64,000 bases of DNA. Source: Podarcis gaigeae (lineage: Eukaryota). The DNA lies in the NCBI GenBank assembly GCA_964106915.2, contig OZ066916.1. One strand, given 5' to 3'. Positions 50,211 through 62,564 of this stretch are shown here, in pieces. The first letter of the stretch is position 1, and each line of letters begins with the position of its first letter. Made by a program: the position numbers and the translations under genes. The notes below the pieces were generated by a model. The model was given only the letters and a program-made list of their open reading frames with translations. It searched no databases and was not told the origin of the DNA.

Positions 50211-50348
50211 CTTTTCTGTTTTTCAGCTGAATAGGAAAAAGTCTTCTGCCTTGTTTATATATCAACAATCTTCCTAAGAGGCTCAGGGAATGAACAAAAT
50301 ATATATACTGTAATTCTTTTCCAGTGTAAACATTCTTCTGTTTATTAC
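50211..50348 (-). CDS. TBC1D32: TBC1D32 coding exon 12 (138 nt; [21 protein letters not shown]...LKNRK)
   Basis: ttcaag| acceptor, G|GTAAGT donor; ORF 50179-50370. Confidence 0.94.
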
Positions 50349-50698
50349 CTTGAAAGACAAGACAGTTCATGTCAATAAACCTGTGCTGTCTCTTGCTTCA
50401 TTCTTGTATACTACAGTCCAAGCAATCACTGCTATCATGGGCAATAATGTATTTATAAAGAAAACTGCCAAGATCACAAAAAATGCAACCACCAATAAAA
50501 ATTGGATTTGCCATTTCTAGGTGGGAGGGAAGCCTCACACAGTTGAAATGTTATTTAGAAATTCTGAGATAGAACATATTCTGAACATTTGTCATAAAAA
50601 GCGCTACTGGAACACTGCTACATATATTATTAAAATGTAAGCAAAAAAGAAGACTTCAAATAAATATATATTATTCAGCATATGGAAAAATTACTTAC

Positions 50699-50798
50699 CA
50701 TTATGCAATGTGGAGAAAGAATTAAACCTGCTTGTTTTATCAATCACTGATTCACAAGTTTCAAGATAGGAAACACACTGCTCAACAGATGCAATAAT
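50699..50798 (-). CDS. TBC1D32: TBC1D32 coding exon 11 (100 nt; IIASVEQCVSYLETC...TLHN)
   Basis: cgtcag| acceptor, G|GTAAGT donor; divergent sequence but phase-consistent. Confidence 0.88.
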
Positions 50799-51155
50799 CT
50801 GACGAATAAAACAACAAGGTATAACAAAATTCACAGGAAATGCCTATTGCACAATTCCCTTTATTAATGAAGATTCACTTCACTCACATCATTAGCAAAT
50901 TTGCATTTGACCCTTTTCACATGAATTTTGAGTTGGTAGAAGTACATATAGGCAGTAGTGTAAATTATAAAGTCTCTGCAGAACATCATATTTAGAATGT
51001 GAAACTGAACTTCCTAAATGGTCATATTGATAAACAAAAATCAATTAAGGAGTATGTAATATCTTAAGATATATCTTGGTTTAGTTGTAATTGATATGTA
51101 CTTTGTTCCTTGTATTGATGAGAAAGGATATTGACTGATGAAAAAACAGACTTAC

Positions 51156-51215
51156 CAAAGATTTGTATTTTTTTTCAAGTAGCCTTAGCACCACTGTTCT
51201 GCTATAATATGCATG
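51156..51215 (-). CDS. TBC1D32: TBC1D32 coding exon 10 (60 nt; HAYYSRTVVLRLLEKKYKSL)
   Basis: ttttag| acceptor, TTG|GTAAGT donor. Confidence 0.95.
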
Positions 51216-51500
51216 CTAAAATGACAAAACAGATATACATTACACTTAAAGCACTGAGTAAAAAATCAAAATGATTCAATTATTTTTCAACTGATTACAA
51301 GATCAAAATTGCACATTAAGTTCTGAAGCTAGTCCATGTTAATATATATTGGCTTGGAGACAGGTGTATAGAGAAGCAATTAAGTGCTTTGTATTTACTG
51401 GAAAAATAGTTCAAATTGTCTGTAAGCCTACAGCACTATTTTAATTTCATTTTGACTACTGCCTATCGACACCAAGGACAATTCTACCCATACTCTACAG

Positions 51501-51616
51501 CAGGGGTGGATGTTGCTGGATTTCAGTTCTCGTTAGCCCTAGCCAACATGGCCAATGGCCAGGGGTAGTGGAAGTTTCAGTCCAACATATGGAGAGCTCC
51601 CAGTTCACCATCCATG
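51501..51616. mobile_element. Degenerate palindromic hAT MITE
   Basis: CAGGGGTGG...CCATCCATG flanked by CTCTACAG at 51493-51500 and 51617-51624. Confidence 0.7.
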
Positions 51617-51624
51617 CTCTACAG

Positions 51625-51946
51625 CATGGGTAGGCAAACTAAGGCCCGGGGGCCAGATCCGGCCCAATCGCCTTCTAAATCCGGCCTACGGATGGTCTGG
51701 GAATCAGCATGTTTTTACATGAGTAGAATGTGTCCTTTTATTTAAAATGCATCTCTGGGTTATTTGTGGGGCCTGCCTGGTGTTTTTACATAAGCAGAAT
51801 GTGTGCTTTTATTTAAAATGCAACTCTGGGTTATTTGTGGTGCATAGGAATTTGTTGTTGTTTTTCCCCCAAAATATAGTCCGGCCCCCCACAAGGTCTG
51901 AGGAACAGTGGACCTGCCCCCTGCTGAAAAAGTTTGATGACCCCTG
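51625..51946. mobile_element. hAT (Charlie-like) non-autonomous element with internal ~62-bp duplication
   Basis: CATGGGTAGGCAAACT...AGTTTGATGACCCCTG; perfect 8-bp TSD CTCTACAG; duplicated units at ~51711 and ~51782. Confidence 0.85.
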
Positions 51947-52478
51947 CTCTACAGCCTTCTAAAACAAGGGGACGTTCCACATGCGTAATAGATTAAGTCA
52001 TCTATTTCTTAAGCACAGTCCAGACACCATGCCTCTGAGATGCATTTCCATTGTAGGGATCATGCAATTAATTTGCTTATGGTGGGATGTAGTGTTACAT
52101 CCATCATGTGCTAGCAGAGTGCTATAGTATTCCTGCAGTGCAAGTTTTTTGGGGTTTTTAAAATACAAGTAGTCCTCCTCCTGCCATGTTCTTAACTTGG
52201 TTTGGTTTAGTTTGAAATATTACTGTGGGTTGCATTCTATCCTGGTGAGCCCATCCCATTCCCAATAAGCTAGATGAAGGAGAAACCTGCAACCTTCCGT
52301 GAAATTCCTCAGAAATTGCAACTTATCTCATCTATTGCATTACACTGACACATTCAATATCAACCTCTTGAAGAAAAGGACTAAGAGGATTATTAGCTCA
52401 AGGCATTATCAACAAAGCAATAACCTTGAAGGACTAACAGAAGAAGCTGCAATCAGCAAAATACATACATTTGCTTAC

Positions 52479-52614
52479 CATCCATTTTTTAAACCAAACA
52501 GCCTTGAGATCGACTAGAGCCAAGAAGTATACGGGATCCAAAGAAACAGGGTGGCTTGACTCACGCTTTGCTGACAAAAGTGACAGAGTACTCTCCATTA
52601 TTTCTTCCATGTAC
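52479..52614 (-). CDS. TBC1D32: TBC1D32 coding exon 9 (136 nt; [13 protein letters not shown]...AVWFKKWM)
   Basis: tttag|G acceptor, ATG|GTAAGC donor. Confidence 0.95.
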
Positions 52615-53319
52615 CTAAATATGTTATAAAGAACGAGATGTTAAATAAAATCCCAATATTTGTACTGATGCCATTTGTATTTAGATTGCCCATCATTCAA
52701 AAAAGGAATTTGAAAAGGGAAAGAAATCAGATGCATTTTAATATTTTCCACTTTACTGTGAATATGATTTTTTTAAAGTCAAGAAACTGTATATACTATT
52801 TTTATTTTGTATACACCAAAAGAAAATCACTTTCAAAAGGAGATTAAGAAAGTTACAATGAGCAATATTGTGAGTATGTTTACTGGGGTACTGTGAATAC
52901 ATTTTGGAGTTAAACTGCAATAATAATTTAGAGTATGCAGAACACCATTCTCCATGCTTAAATATTGTGAAGATCAGTTGAAAGGGACCAGTTGAAAGTG
53001 ATTGTTATCCTAAATCACCAAACAGGAAACAGAAGTGTCACCTGTAGAATCCAAATCAGGAAACCAGTAACTGGCATAGATTAAATAGTACAAAGAGAAT
53101 AGTTGGTTTGGGGAGTTTTAAGTCAAGGAACTTTGTCCTCATAGACACAGATTGACTTATGACAGCAAGCAATGGAACCAAGAAACTTCACTATCAAAAG
53201 ACAGATGAGTAGCAGTAGTAATTTCATGTTTAATAAATCACTGATTTTAGTAATTTAGCCCAAAGAAATTGCAACAGGCAAATGAAAACTAAGGAAACAA
53301 TTGGATAATTGTGACATAC

Positions 53320-53381
53320 TTTTCTGGATGACGAATCCAAAAAGATGGTACTTCCCTCTGGTACTCATTTAGCAGACGTAT
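53320..53381 (-). CDS. TBC1D32: TBC1D32 coding exon 8 (62 nt; [20 protein letters not shown])
   Basis: tcatag| acceptor, AA|GTATGT donor. Confidence 0.95.
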
Positions 53382-53479
53382 CTATGAATAAAAGAAAAAC
53401 AGCTTGTTTGCTTTTTTTAAAGTCTAGATGGGGAAAATAACTAAATTTGAAAAAGAAATATGGGAAAACTGATTTGTAC

Positions 53480-53583
53480 CTTTTTAAGTAAACGGATTAT
53501 ATCTGGGTTGCTTATATCAATACCTATTGATACGGTAGGAACATAACTATCTTCAGAAAGGAAGTACATCTCTAAATACTTTG
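53480..53583 (-). CDS. TBC1D32: TBC1D32 coding exon 7 (104 nt; KYLEMYFLS...IIRLLKK)
   Basis: ttacag| acceptor, AAG|GTACAA donor. Confidence 0.94.
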
Positions 53584-53690
53584 CTGTAAAGAGATAAATA
53601 ATTGCCAAATAATTTAAGAGGCAAATTTTAAAAATAGTCGCTGGCTACAGAAAGCAAGTAACATTTCTCCATTTGACTTAATGAACTTAC

Positions 53691-53769
53691 CCAAACTTGT
53701 ATACAGTTCCCTTGTCATATTTAGTGGAGAGGAAGAAAATGTCTTGGCATAGAATTTCAAAACTTTGTC
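53691..53769 (-). CDS. TBC1D32: TBC1D32 coding exon 6 (79 nt; DKVLKFYAKTFSSSPLNMTRELYTSL)
   Basis: tttcag| acceptor, G|GTAAGT donor. Confidence 0.94.
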
Positions 53770-54208
53770 CTGAAACAGTAAAAATGAAAGCTAGTTCATA
53801 AAATCTAAACAGAATTTCAATGTTCTGCGTCAGCAGCAATGTTATAAAGAATATCTGACTTGTTAATTTATTTCATTTCATTTTTTACCCAGCATTCTTC
53901 GAAGGCGTTTCAAACTGTTGTCTTTCCGCCTCACAACAACCGTGTAAGGTACTTTATGCTGAGAGACGATCAATAGCCCAAAATTACCTAGTGAACTTCA
54001 TGAGTGAATGGGGATTTAAATCTGGGTCTCTTTAGTCCTAACCTGATACTAACCACTATACTACACTAATTTCTGTAGCTCTAACATACACCAGATGCAC
54101 CTGTAGACTTTTCATTCAAAAGCTGAAAATTATTATAATAACATAACTCCCTATATTGACAGCTGAAGCACTTGAGCCTATATATAAACACACAAACAAC
54201 AGGCTATA

Positions 54209-54438
54209 CAGTGGTACCTCTACATATGAATGGGATCCGTTCCAGAGCCCCATTCGCATCCTGAAGCAAATGCAACCTGCGTCTGCACGTCTGTTCGTGC
54301 CACAATTTGCCGCTTCCACCGTCTGCGCGTAAGCGAGCGGCAAATCCCAGAAGTAACATGTTCTGTTACTTCCGGGTCACTGCGGAGCACAACCCGAAAG
54401 TGCTCAACCTGAAGCAACTTCAACTCAAGGTATGACTG
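54209..54438. mobile_element. TcMar-Tigger-like MITE
   Basis: TA-CAGTGGTACCTC...AAGGTATGACTG-TA. Confidence 0.8.
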
Positions 54439-54621
54439 TATACACAAAACACGTTGTATAGAGGCCATGCCAAAATGTACCTACAGGACCTCTCCCTCAA
54501 TATCTGGAGTTACCTTGATGGGAGAACACACCACCACTGTATCAAACAATAAGATAGCTTATTGATATATTACTATATTGGAAGGCAGAAGGTTTGCTAT
54601 AGTCCTGCAGGCTTTCTATTT

Positions 54622-54978
54622 CAGTGTTTACCTGAAGGAGCATCTCCACTCCCATCATTCTGCCTGGACACTGAGGTCCAGTGCCAAGGGCCTTCTGGCA
54701 GTTCCCTCACTGCAAGAAGCAAAGTTACAGGGAACCAGGCAGAGGGCCTTCTCGGTAGTGGCACCTGCCCTGTGGAACACCCTCCCATCAGATGTCAAAG
54801 GAATAAACAACTATCTAATATTTAGAAGACATCTTAAGGCAGCCCTGTTTAGAGACGTTTTTAATGACTGGTGTCTTAATGTATTTTTTAATCTTCTGTC
54901 GGAAGCCGCCCGGAGTGGCTGAGGAAACCCAGCCAGATGGGCGGGGCATAAGTAATAAATAAATAAATAAATATTATT
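54622..54978 (+). mobile_element. Relatively young L2-clade LINE 3' end (~)
   Basis: ORF YLKEHL...RAFSVVAPALWNTLPSDVK...FRRHLKAALF; 3' UTR ending in (TAAA)n. Confidence 0.85.
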
Positions 54979-55573
54979 ATTGATATTTTACATTCATTCA
55001 AAAAATGTGTAACACCACATAGCCCAAAGGCCAAATGAGACCCAGCAGTGCTCTCAATTTGGCCCGCAAGGCTGTTTTCCCCAAACCATGTCATATGAGG
55101 CAACAAGTGTGGGGCAGGTAAGGAAGTACTTACAAAGGAACAATCAGGAGCTTAAACTGAGCTTGCAATTATTCTTTTGCAAGCAGCGACGCTGTGATCA
55201 CCCATCAGCACTGACAGTGAGCATGCCTGAAGTTGCCACCTGATGTTGTAATGGTATGAAGTGACTGACAGGTTGACAGCTCTGTTCACCTATCAAAATG
55301 GCTTGTGGGGAAGCTCAGGATTCAGCCTACCAAATAGAAAAGCTTCCCGATCCCTGCGATACAACAGGGACAATTAAAACACTGCATATATATGCATGCT
55401 ATTCAAGGAAGAAGTAGTAGTAGTTATAAAGAAATATATACTTGACCTGCTTCATTTAAAATCCCAATAGTCACTTTTCTACATGGAATTTCTGAGAGGT
55501 ACATAAAATCTTTGCATGTACTTTGATTTTGCACACTATATAAATGAGGAATGGTAAAAAATAATTTCCTTAC

Positions 55574-55699
55574 ACTGAAACTGGAATCCGGATCTGAAAG
55601 TGCTGTTGCAAGATGTTTACGTAAATTAGCCCAACTCTCACAGTTTAATATATCAGATGGAGGAGCAGAACACAATGTCTGCATAGCTTCCTGACGCAC
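55574..55699 (-). CDS. TBC1D32: TBC1D32 coding exon 5 (126 nt; [16 protein letters not shown]...DPDSSFS)
   Basis: ttgcag| acceptor, AGT|GTAAGG donor. Confidence 0.95.
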
Positions 55700-55812
55700 C
55701 TGCAACATCAAGGTAAGATGTGGGTTTAAAAAATCACAAAGAGTATTATCATAATAAAACAGAAATCTTCAACCAATGTGATGATGCGCGCGCGCACACA
55801 CACACACACGAT

Positions 55813-55969
55813 AAGGTAAAGGTAAAGGACCCCTGGAAGGTTAAGCCCATTCAAAGGTGACTATGGGGTGCGGCGCTCATCTTGCTTCCTGGCTGAGGGA
55901 GTCGGCGTTTGTCCACAGACAGCTTTCCGGGTCATGTGGCCAGCATGACTAAACCACTTCTGGTGCAAC
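55813..55969 (-). mobile_element. Sauria SINE 3' fragment (~)
   Basis: (ACCTTT)n tail (aaggtaaaggtaaagg on +) plus cacagacagctttccgggtcatgtggccagcatgact body. Confidence 0.85.
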
Positions 55970-56236
55970 AGGTTGTGTGTGTGTATGTGTGTGTACCTAC
56001 ACACACAACCAGTGGACCACCTTTAGCTCTCCTGCACAATGCCTCCATACTTCTGCTTTCTAGATCTCACCTTCCTCTTCCTAAGTCTCAAGCCCGCACT
56101 TGTATAAAGAACTAATAACCAATCATGCCCCCTCCAAATGAGACTATCCAAGTTCACTCAAGCAACGTGAGCTTAAGATGTGCTAAAATAAAAAGTATTG
56201 TCTAAGTGGGTGTGTCCATTTGCCTTTTAGACTCAC

Positions 56237-56308
56237 CTCCTTAGGTTGTGCCGGATCAAGCCTTTCTACCAGTAGTTGCAATTGTTCTTGATTCATGAAT
56301 GTATAACT
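56237..56308 (-). CDS. TBC1D32: TBC1D32 coding exon 4 (72 nt; SYTFMNQEQLQLLVERLDPAQPKE)
   Basis: ttacag| acceptor, GAG|GTGAGT donor. Confidence 0.93.
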
Positions 56309-56778
56309 CTGTAACACATTGCAAAATGCTCATTAAATAACTCATTAAATTAAAAAGATTAATAACTATAATAATTAGCTATTATTAGTCAAATAAAAAT
56401 TATCTTTAAGGGATTCACATTATCTTAATGAAATATTAAGGGGGGTATTGTTAACTATCAAATATAAGGGGAAAATGTTACCTTTCTATTTTTAATAACC
56501 TTTCTATTTTTAATTATACAATATGTGATACCAACCATAACATTTTGTAGAAATAAAAGTAAGACATTTTGGAAAGACCTAAACTTTATAGTGCTGCTCC
56601 CAGTGAAAAAAACCCCACAGAATCATAGAACTGTAGAATTAGAAGGGACCCTAGGATCATCTATCTAACCCCTGCAATGGAGGAATCACTGAGAAGGTTT
56701 AAGTACATAGCAAACATTTTGAATATTAACTTTTATCTGGGAAGTAAAGTATTGTAATTAGGCTTAGTACTTAAATTG

Positions 56779-57207
56779 TATGGGGTGCATGTACACCTTT
56801 GGTCCCCACCCTGCACTCAGCTCTAACCTGTAGCTCCTAGAAGCTGTCAGAATGTGACAGCTGGCCAGCTAAACCAAGTGAAGATAGCTGATGGAATTAG
56901 TGAATTAGGCACTTCCGCCTGCATGCGAAGACAGGCTCTGGCGTATTGAGCCCTAAGGCGGTTGTATGCCTCTTTCCAGCAACTCCTGCAGTCAAGCTGG
57001 TGTCGAATGTATAATTCTGCTTTCCGTTGGGCCATAATAGCAAGGCCAAGAGTGGGGGTCTTGTCATCTGGGCAGCCCAGGACCTCCATACACACTGCCC
57101 AGGCTTGCACCTCCAGGAGGTCACTTCAGTGGTGCTAACACAGCAGTTTGACTACACCCCTGGAGGAGCACTCCATTGTCTCTCGAGACACAGAGATGCC
57201 AACAACA
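56779..57207 (+). mobile_element. Non-autonomous RTE-related short element
   Basis: 3' end ...gtttgactacacc...ccattgtctctcgagacacagagatgcc(AAC)n resembles the RTE tail at ~22890-22939; TSD ACTTAAATTG (56769-56778) / ACTTAAACTG (57208-57217). Confidence 0.7.
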
Positions 57208-57782
57208 ACTTAAACTGACTTCAATATTGTGGGTACCCTGTGCACAAAGCGGAGATGTGTAGAACTGCACTGAGGTTGATGGGAAATCTTAACGCTGTGA
57301 GAATTCTATGCATGCCCTCAGATAAGGTATTCTAACTTTCAGTGGAGATAATGCAACCCCATAAAAACCAATAGGCTTCCAGCCCTCGATCTAAATGGAA
57401 TGGATTTTATCTATTGATTTTGCAGTAACAATCTAAAGAAAATATAGCCTCAACTGGCAGTGTAAGTCAGAGAAAAGAATTTCTCATTGATTTCATCAGC
57501 AACAAACAAGACGAGGAACATGAAGATGAAATCACAGAAACCAACTAGGGCTCTCCATTAACTCTAATGGGAGTGTATTTAGATATGACAGCTATTTTGG
57601 TGGCATAGCTCTATGTCAGCAGGGAAGTAAGGCCCAGCCCAGGGGAGGATAGAATGGCAACTATGGCCAACTAGTCACTCTTCCATTCCTTACCACACCC
57701 GTGCCTTCCCCTTACACCCTTGTTGTTACAACAGCATAAAAGATGGTGGCCCCACAAGATTATTACATAGACTTGGCCATAC

Positions 57783-57960
57783 CTGATTAAATGAAGAATC
57801 ACTATCAGAGCAATTATCTGTATAGTAACTGCTGTGCTGTTCTGTTTTCACTTTCCTCTGAATTTCCTTATAGCGCATCTGATCTTCTTCAAACTTGTTA
57901 ATTAAAGATTCAACTACAACCATCATAACATTCTTCAGAGAATGCATCATTTCTCTATAC
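57783..57960 (-). CDS. TBC1D32: TBC1D32 coding exon 3 (178 nt; [10 protein letters not shown]...SDSDSSFNQ)
   Basis: gaag|G acceptor, CAG|GTATGG donor. Confidence 0.95.
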
Positions 57961-58230
57961 CTTCAGAGCAGAACAAATGTTATAAAAACAAGCAGACTAA
58001 AGTTCACAAATCTTATTACACACAGGCTGAACTCCTAAGCACGAATATCAATGGGACTTAGTTGTGGATAGGTAAGTACAGTCAATAGGAAGTGATTGGT
58101 CTCATTTTGTGGGGGCTTTGCACAGGTAGCATCACAGTCAGAACAGAAACTTCTAAGGCGAAGCAATGGTTGGGAAGTTACCTTCAGATATGTCCAACCA
58201 TACAAGAGGGAAACCATACAAATGTTAGTA

Positions 58231-58483
58231 CAGTGGTGCCTCGCAAGACGAAATTAATTTGTTCTGCGAGTTGTTTCGTCTTGCAATTTTTTTGTCTTGC
58301 GAAGCGCGGATTCCCTGGGTATTAATGGTTTTAAGAAAAAGGAAACAAACTCGCAAGACGTTTTCGTCTTGCAAAGCAAGCCCATAGGGAAAATCGTCTT
58401 GCGAAGCAACTCAAAAAACGAAAATCCCTTTCGTCTTGCACGTTTTTCGTCTTGCGAGGCATTTGTCTTGCGAGGTACGACTG
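58231..58483. mobile_element. TcMar-Tigger/pogo-like MITE (same family as 12231)
   Basis: TA-CAGTGGTGCCTCGCAAGACGAAATTAATT...CTTGCGAGGTACGACTG-TA. Confidence 0.85.
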
Positions 58484-58889
58484 TACCTATTCACTGAAGG
58501 ACTTTTACACAATAAACTTGAAAGTGGAGACTTAACTGGAAAATAGAAAAGGTCACAGACTGCCATAGCAAACTGATTTACATTCAGATACAAAGCAACC
58601 AAGCCAGTATTGGGACCAAAGAGCAACAGAACAGGAAAATACAGTCTCTGTATTGCTGAACCACAAACCATATCTTTAGGAAACCTAGTCAAGGCTGCCT
58701 TGGGTGTTTTTAGGTTCTATATATTTTCTGACAAGACAAAGGTGATGTTGTGGACAGGTGGGGAATAAATCTGTTTCTGGATGAAGCCACTATCCCCTGT
58801 AGGAGCAGATTTAAAGACTACACCACTTTTGTTGCTTGAGGCCCAAATAATCTCAGTTCTAGGAATGCCTATCTCCAGTTTAAATTGAT

Positions 58890-59990
58890 ATGCCTTCCTA
58901 GATTGCAACAGCTTTGCTGCAGTGGTCCGTGCTCTGTTGAACTCTAGATTTGACTACTGTAATGCAATCTACATGGGGCTACCATTGAAGACAGTCTGAA
59001 GTTGCAGCAGAACACTATCATATTATACTTGGACTTTTGGAGGAAGAGAGGGCAACTAGCCCCATTGTATATCGGGGGGGGGGGTTGTGTGGAGAGAGTC
59101 TCTTCCTTTAGATTCCTGGGAGTTTATCTTAGTGAAGGCCTCACTTGGAAAAACAATATAACTCAGGTGGTTAGGAAGGCCCAGCAGAGATTCCATTTCC
59201 TCAGGGTCTTGCGAAAGAACTATGTTAAACAACAATTGATGACCTCCTTCTATGTAAATAGAAAGTGTCCTCTCATATTGTATCACAGTGTGGTACGTTG
59301 GCTTGACAACCACGGAGATAAAGTCTTTATAGAGGGGGGTGAACACAGCACATGATATCATGGGCTGTCCCCTGAGCACGCTAGATGACATCGTAAGGGT
59401 TCGTTGCCTTAGGAGAGCGAGAAAAATTCTCAGGGACGATTCACACCTCGGCCAGCACCTCTTTAATCTTCTAATCTCGGGCAGGAGATATAGAAGTATA
59501 ATCAGTCATACCAACAGGCTAAAAAACAGTTTCTATCTGTGGGCTGTTAGGCTGCTGAATGGAAAATAATATAGTGCAACTGACTTTCGGGGTTGGTGTA
59601 TTGTGCGACAAGCACACAGGATGCAATGAGATTGAGTGTTGGGAGGGGGAGGCTCGGTTAATTTCATTGTACACAGGTTGAACACTGACAATAAAAGTAC
59701 TACTACTACTATTATTATTATTATTATACCTATCCTTCTGGAATTGCACTAAATGCCCATTTGCTACCAGGCCCAACTCAAGGTGTTAATGTTAGCATAT
59801 AAAGCCTAAACAATTTAGAGCCCAAATGCTGGAAATACTGCCTCTTCCTGTATCTGCCTAGTCAGACACTGTAGGTCCTTAATGTGGTCCTGTCAACAGA
59901 TGTATCAATAATGTAAGATAGGGCCTTATCCTTGGCAGTGCCCAGGTCATGGAACTCCCTCCCACTAGAGATTCAGTAGTCCGTCCTCCC
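58890..59990 (+). mobile_element. Old L2 fragment interrupted by Rex1 (~)
   Basis: SRFDYCNAIYMGLP motif at ~58940; L2-like continuation after 59730 (tataaagcct..., agggcctt...gcccaggtcatggaactccctccc). Confidence 0.7.
59029..59721 (+). mobile_element. Rex1/Babar-clade LINE 3' fragment
   Basis: VERVSSFRFLGVYLSEGLTW...RKAQQRFHFLR and ILRDDSHLGQHLFNLLISGRRYRSI..HTNRLKNSFY; AATAAA then (TAC)n(TAT)n tail; TSD TATTATAC at 59021-59028 / 59722-59729. Confidence 0.88.
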
Positions 59991-62402
59991 AGTGAAAAGA
60001 GAAGTAAAGGGTATATGGGATATTTATTTGTGCTTTTATACACTGCCTTCCTAATCACTCCCCTTTACAGTCTTAAAAAAGAAACCCATGAACATTGAGA
60101 ATCCTAAATAACAGTATCTAGCCTTGGGGTTTTTTTTTTATATATAAACAAAGGCTACCCTACAGGAATGAACATAGCCTGGCATTCATCTGTGCTCTCT
60201 AAAAATTATTTCTTTGTGCGGTTGGCTCAAAACTGACATGCCATTCCTAAATGTAAATAAATGGCTTATTAAAAATACAGCAGTCCACACATTAATTTAT
60301 AAAAGCAATTAAGCACTGATTAAGTAACGAAGTTTTTCACAATGACATTTCTAATTTCCTCTCACAGAACAAGGCCATCCACATATCATTGAAATTACTA
60401 TTAAAATGTTCCTAAGATTGATCTCATCATTAGAGGTTCACTGAACTTTTCTACAAGGGGTCCTCCTTACCCTTGGTACTTTCACATTCGTCTTGCAATC
60501 TCCCACTGTCTGAAGGTTATCTGGCTATATTTAAAGTGATCAACACTTCCAGTAATATTTTGTTTGGTAAAATCTCATAACTAACTGGGCTGACAGAAAC
60601 ATTTCAGTAATTAGTATTTATTGAATGCACTTCTTACCCGTTGTAAATAATTATAATTGAGTTCTAATTTTGCTACTATTCACAGAAATTGTTGGTAATC
60701 ATAATACCCTAATCTAATACCACCTATGATCACAAAAGCACCAGTATACACACAGCAGTGTCATGCTCACACAGGCATCCCCACTTAATGCCAAGGACAG
60801 ATATGTCCTCACATACAACAGCACCAATGTAATTACACTGAACAGTGAAAATCCCACTTAACCGAAATCTTTTTACTGGACCACCTGATGGGCTTCAGAT
60901 TAGATTATAGTTTACAGTCCGTCCCTGAATCCCTTCTTAGAAGTAGAAAAGATGCATAAACATTGTGTGCATACCTCTAGCTTGTTACAGTGAGGTATTC
61001 TGCAGCACAGTGCTTTAAAGTAGCATTAAAAAAAAAGATGCAGAAGAAAAAACTACTGCAACAAATACAAACAAAAACAAAAACACCAAAGAGTAATTTT
61101 TGGTGAAGGCTTGCAGATAATAAATTGGCTGTACTTATTACACTGCTTCCTTCCAGAGACATTTTGTAGAATGTACTGTAAATGCAGTGAAACTTTGAAC
61201 TTAGGGGGGTGGGTTGCATTCTTTGGTAAAGTACTTACTGTAAAGAGCTTATTGTACAAATTCATCTGAATTAGTTTTAAGCAGGCTATATCTTCTCAAC
61301 ATTTCTGGTCAAACTACACTCTACAATTTTGGCTACAATTCCATTTACATGGAAGTGAGACCCACTGAACCCAATTTGCTTACTCCTTGAGTATACATGT
61401 ATAGGATTGCGACACCATGCCATTATTCCATGGTACCTAGCACACTTGTTTAAACAAAGTAGCAGAAACAGTCATTCAGAAAGAAGAGGTGTCTCAGGAT
61501 ATGCATGAAATGTGAGGTGCACATTAATACCAAGTCTTCCCATGCTCATACTTATGGAATCAAAATCATACCACTGACACATGAGCGAGGTATAGGCAGA
61601 CTCGGCATAATTCTGAGGTACATATAAGTACCAAAACTCTGCGGGGTAGAAAGCTAAGGAAGGGAGACACCAATTCAAAAAAACAACAACCCAGCCCCTG
61701 AACTACTCCACAGCACAAACCAAGAAGATTATAAAAATCTGCTGGATCAGGCCAGTAACCCATCTAGTCCACCATCCTGTTCTCATAGTAGCCAACCAAA
61801 ACTATTGAGATGCAAAGGAAAAACTAACATGGTTGGGTGGGAGCAGAATAGAGCTGCAGAAACAGAAGGAGACACACACAACAGACATATTGTTCACACT
61901 GAAAAACTAGATCTTGACTGAAAAAGTAATAAAGGTAGCTGGAATTGGGTACCAAGTGCGTCTACCCCACCCCACCCTCAAAAAGATCCAAAAGGAGAGG
62001 AAAAAACAACAACCCAAAATTAGTCTAGTGAGGACTGGGCATGTTCAGTGGGCCTGGGATGCTGGCTAACATTCAAGGAGAGGAGAGGAAAACCAGGGAG
62101 TGAGGACAGGATAAAATGGCTGGAAACCAGTATTCTACACTGCAGTATTTTGTTGCAGGGCCACTTGTTTGAGTTTTAATGCCAGCATAAAGTAATTTTT
62201 TCTGGCTTAAGCAAGGAAATATTACAAACAATGCCAAATCTGAAGCCAATCTTTCAGAAGAGTTACAATAATGAAGGGACACGATTTCTGGAGGACAGTG
62301 CCAGGAACCGATAAAATCAAGTATAAGCAGGAAAGAACATTTGAGAAAGTCATTCTTTTTGGACACTGTAGGTTTTTACATGTGTTTTGTACATGTACTC
62401 AC

Positions 62403-62564
62403 TCTTTTGATTCTCGAGTCTTTTTAGTAACATGCTGTACCAGTGTATCATAGCCAGATCCTTCACCCTGATTTTGTGCAGATGTACATTTTTCAGTTTC
62501 TTCTTCTATTACGGAGCCCAGCATGCTACTTATATATTGCCTAAGATACTTCACAAATTCATAG
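62403..62564 (-). CDS. TBC1D32: TBC1D32 coding exon 2 (162 nt; YEFVKYLRQ...KTRESK)
   Basis: tacag|C acceptor, GA|GTGAGT donor; inside ORF 62399-62614. Confidence 0.95.
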
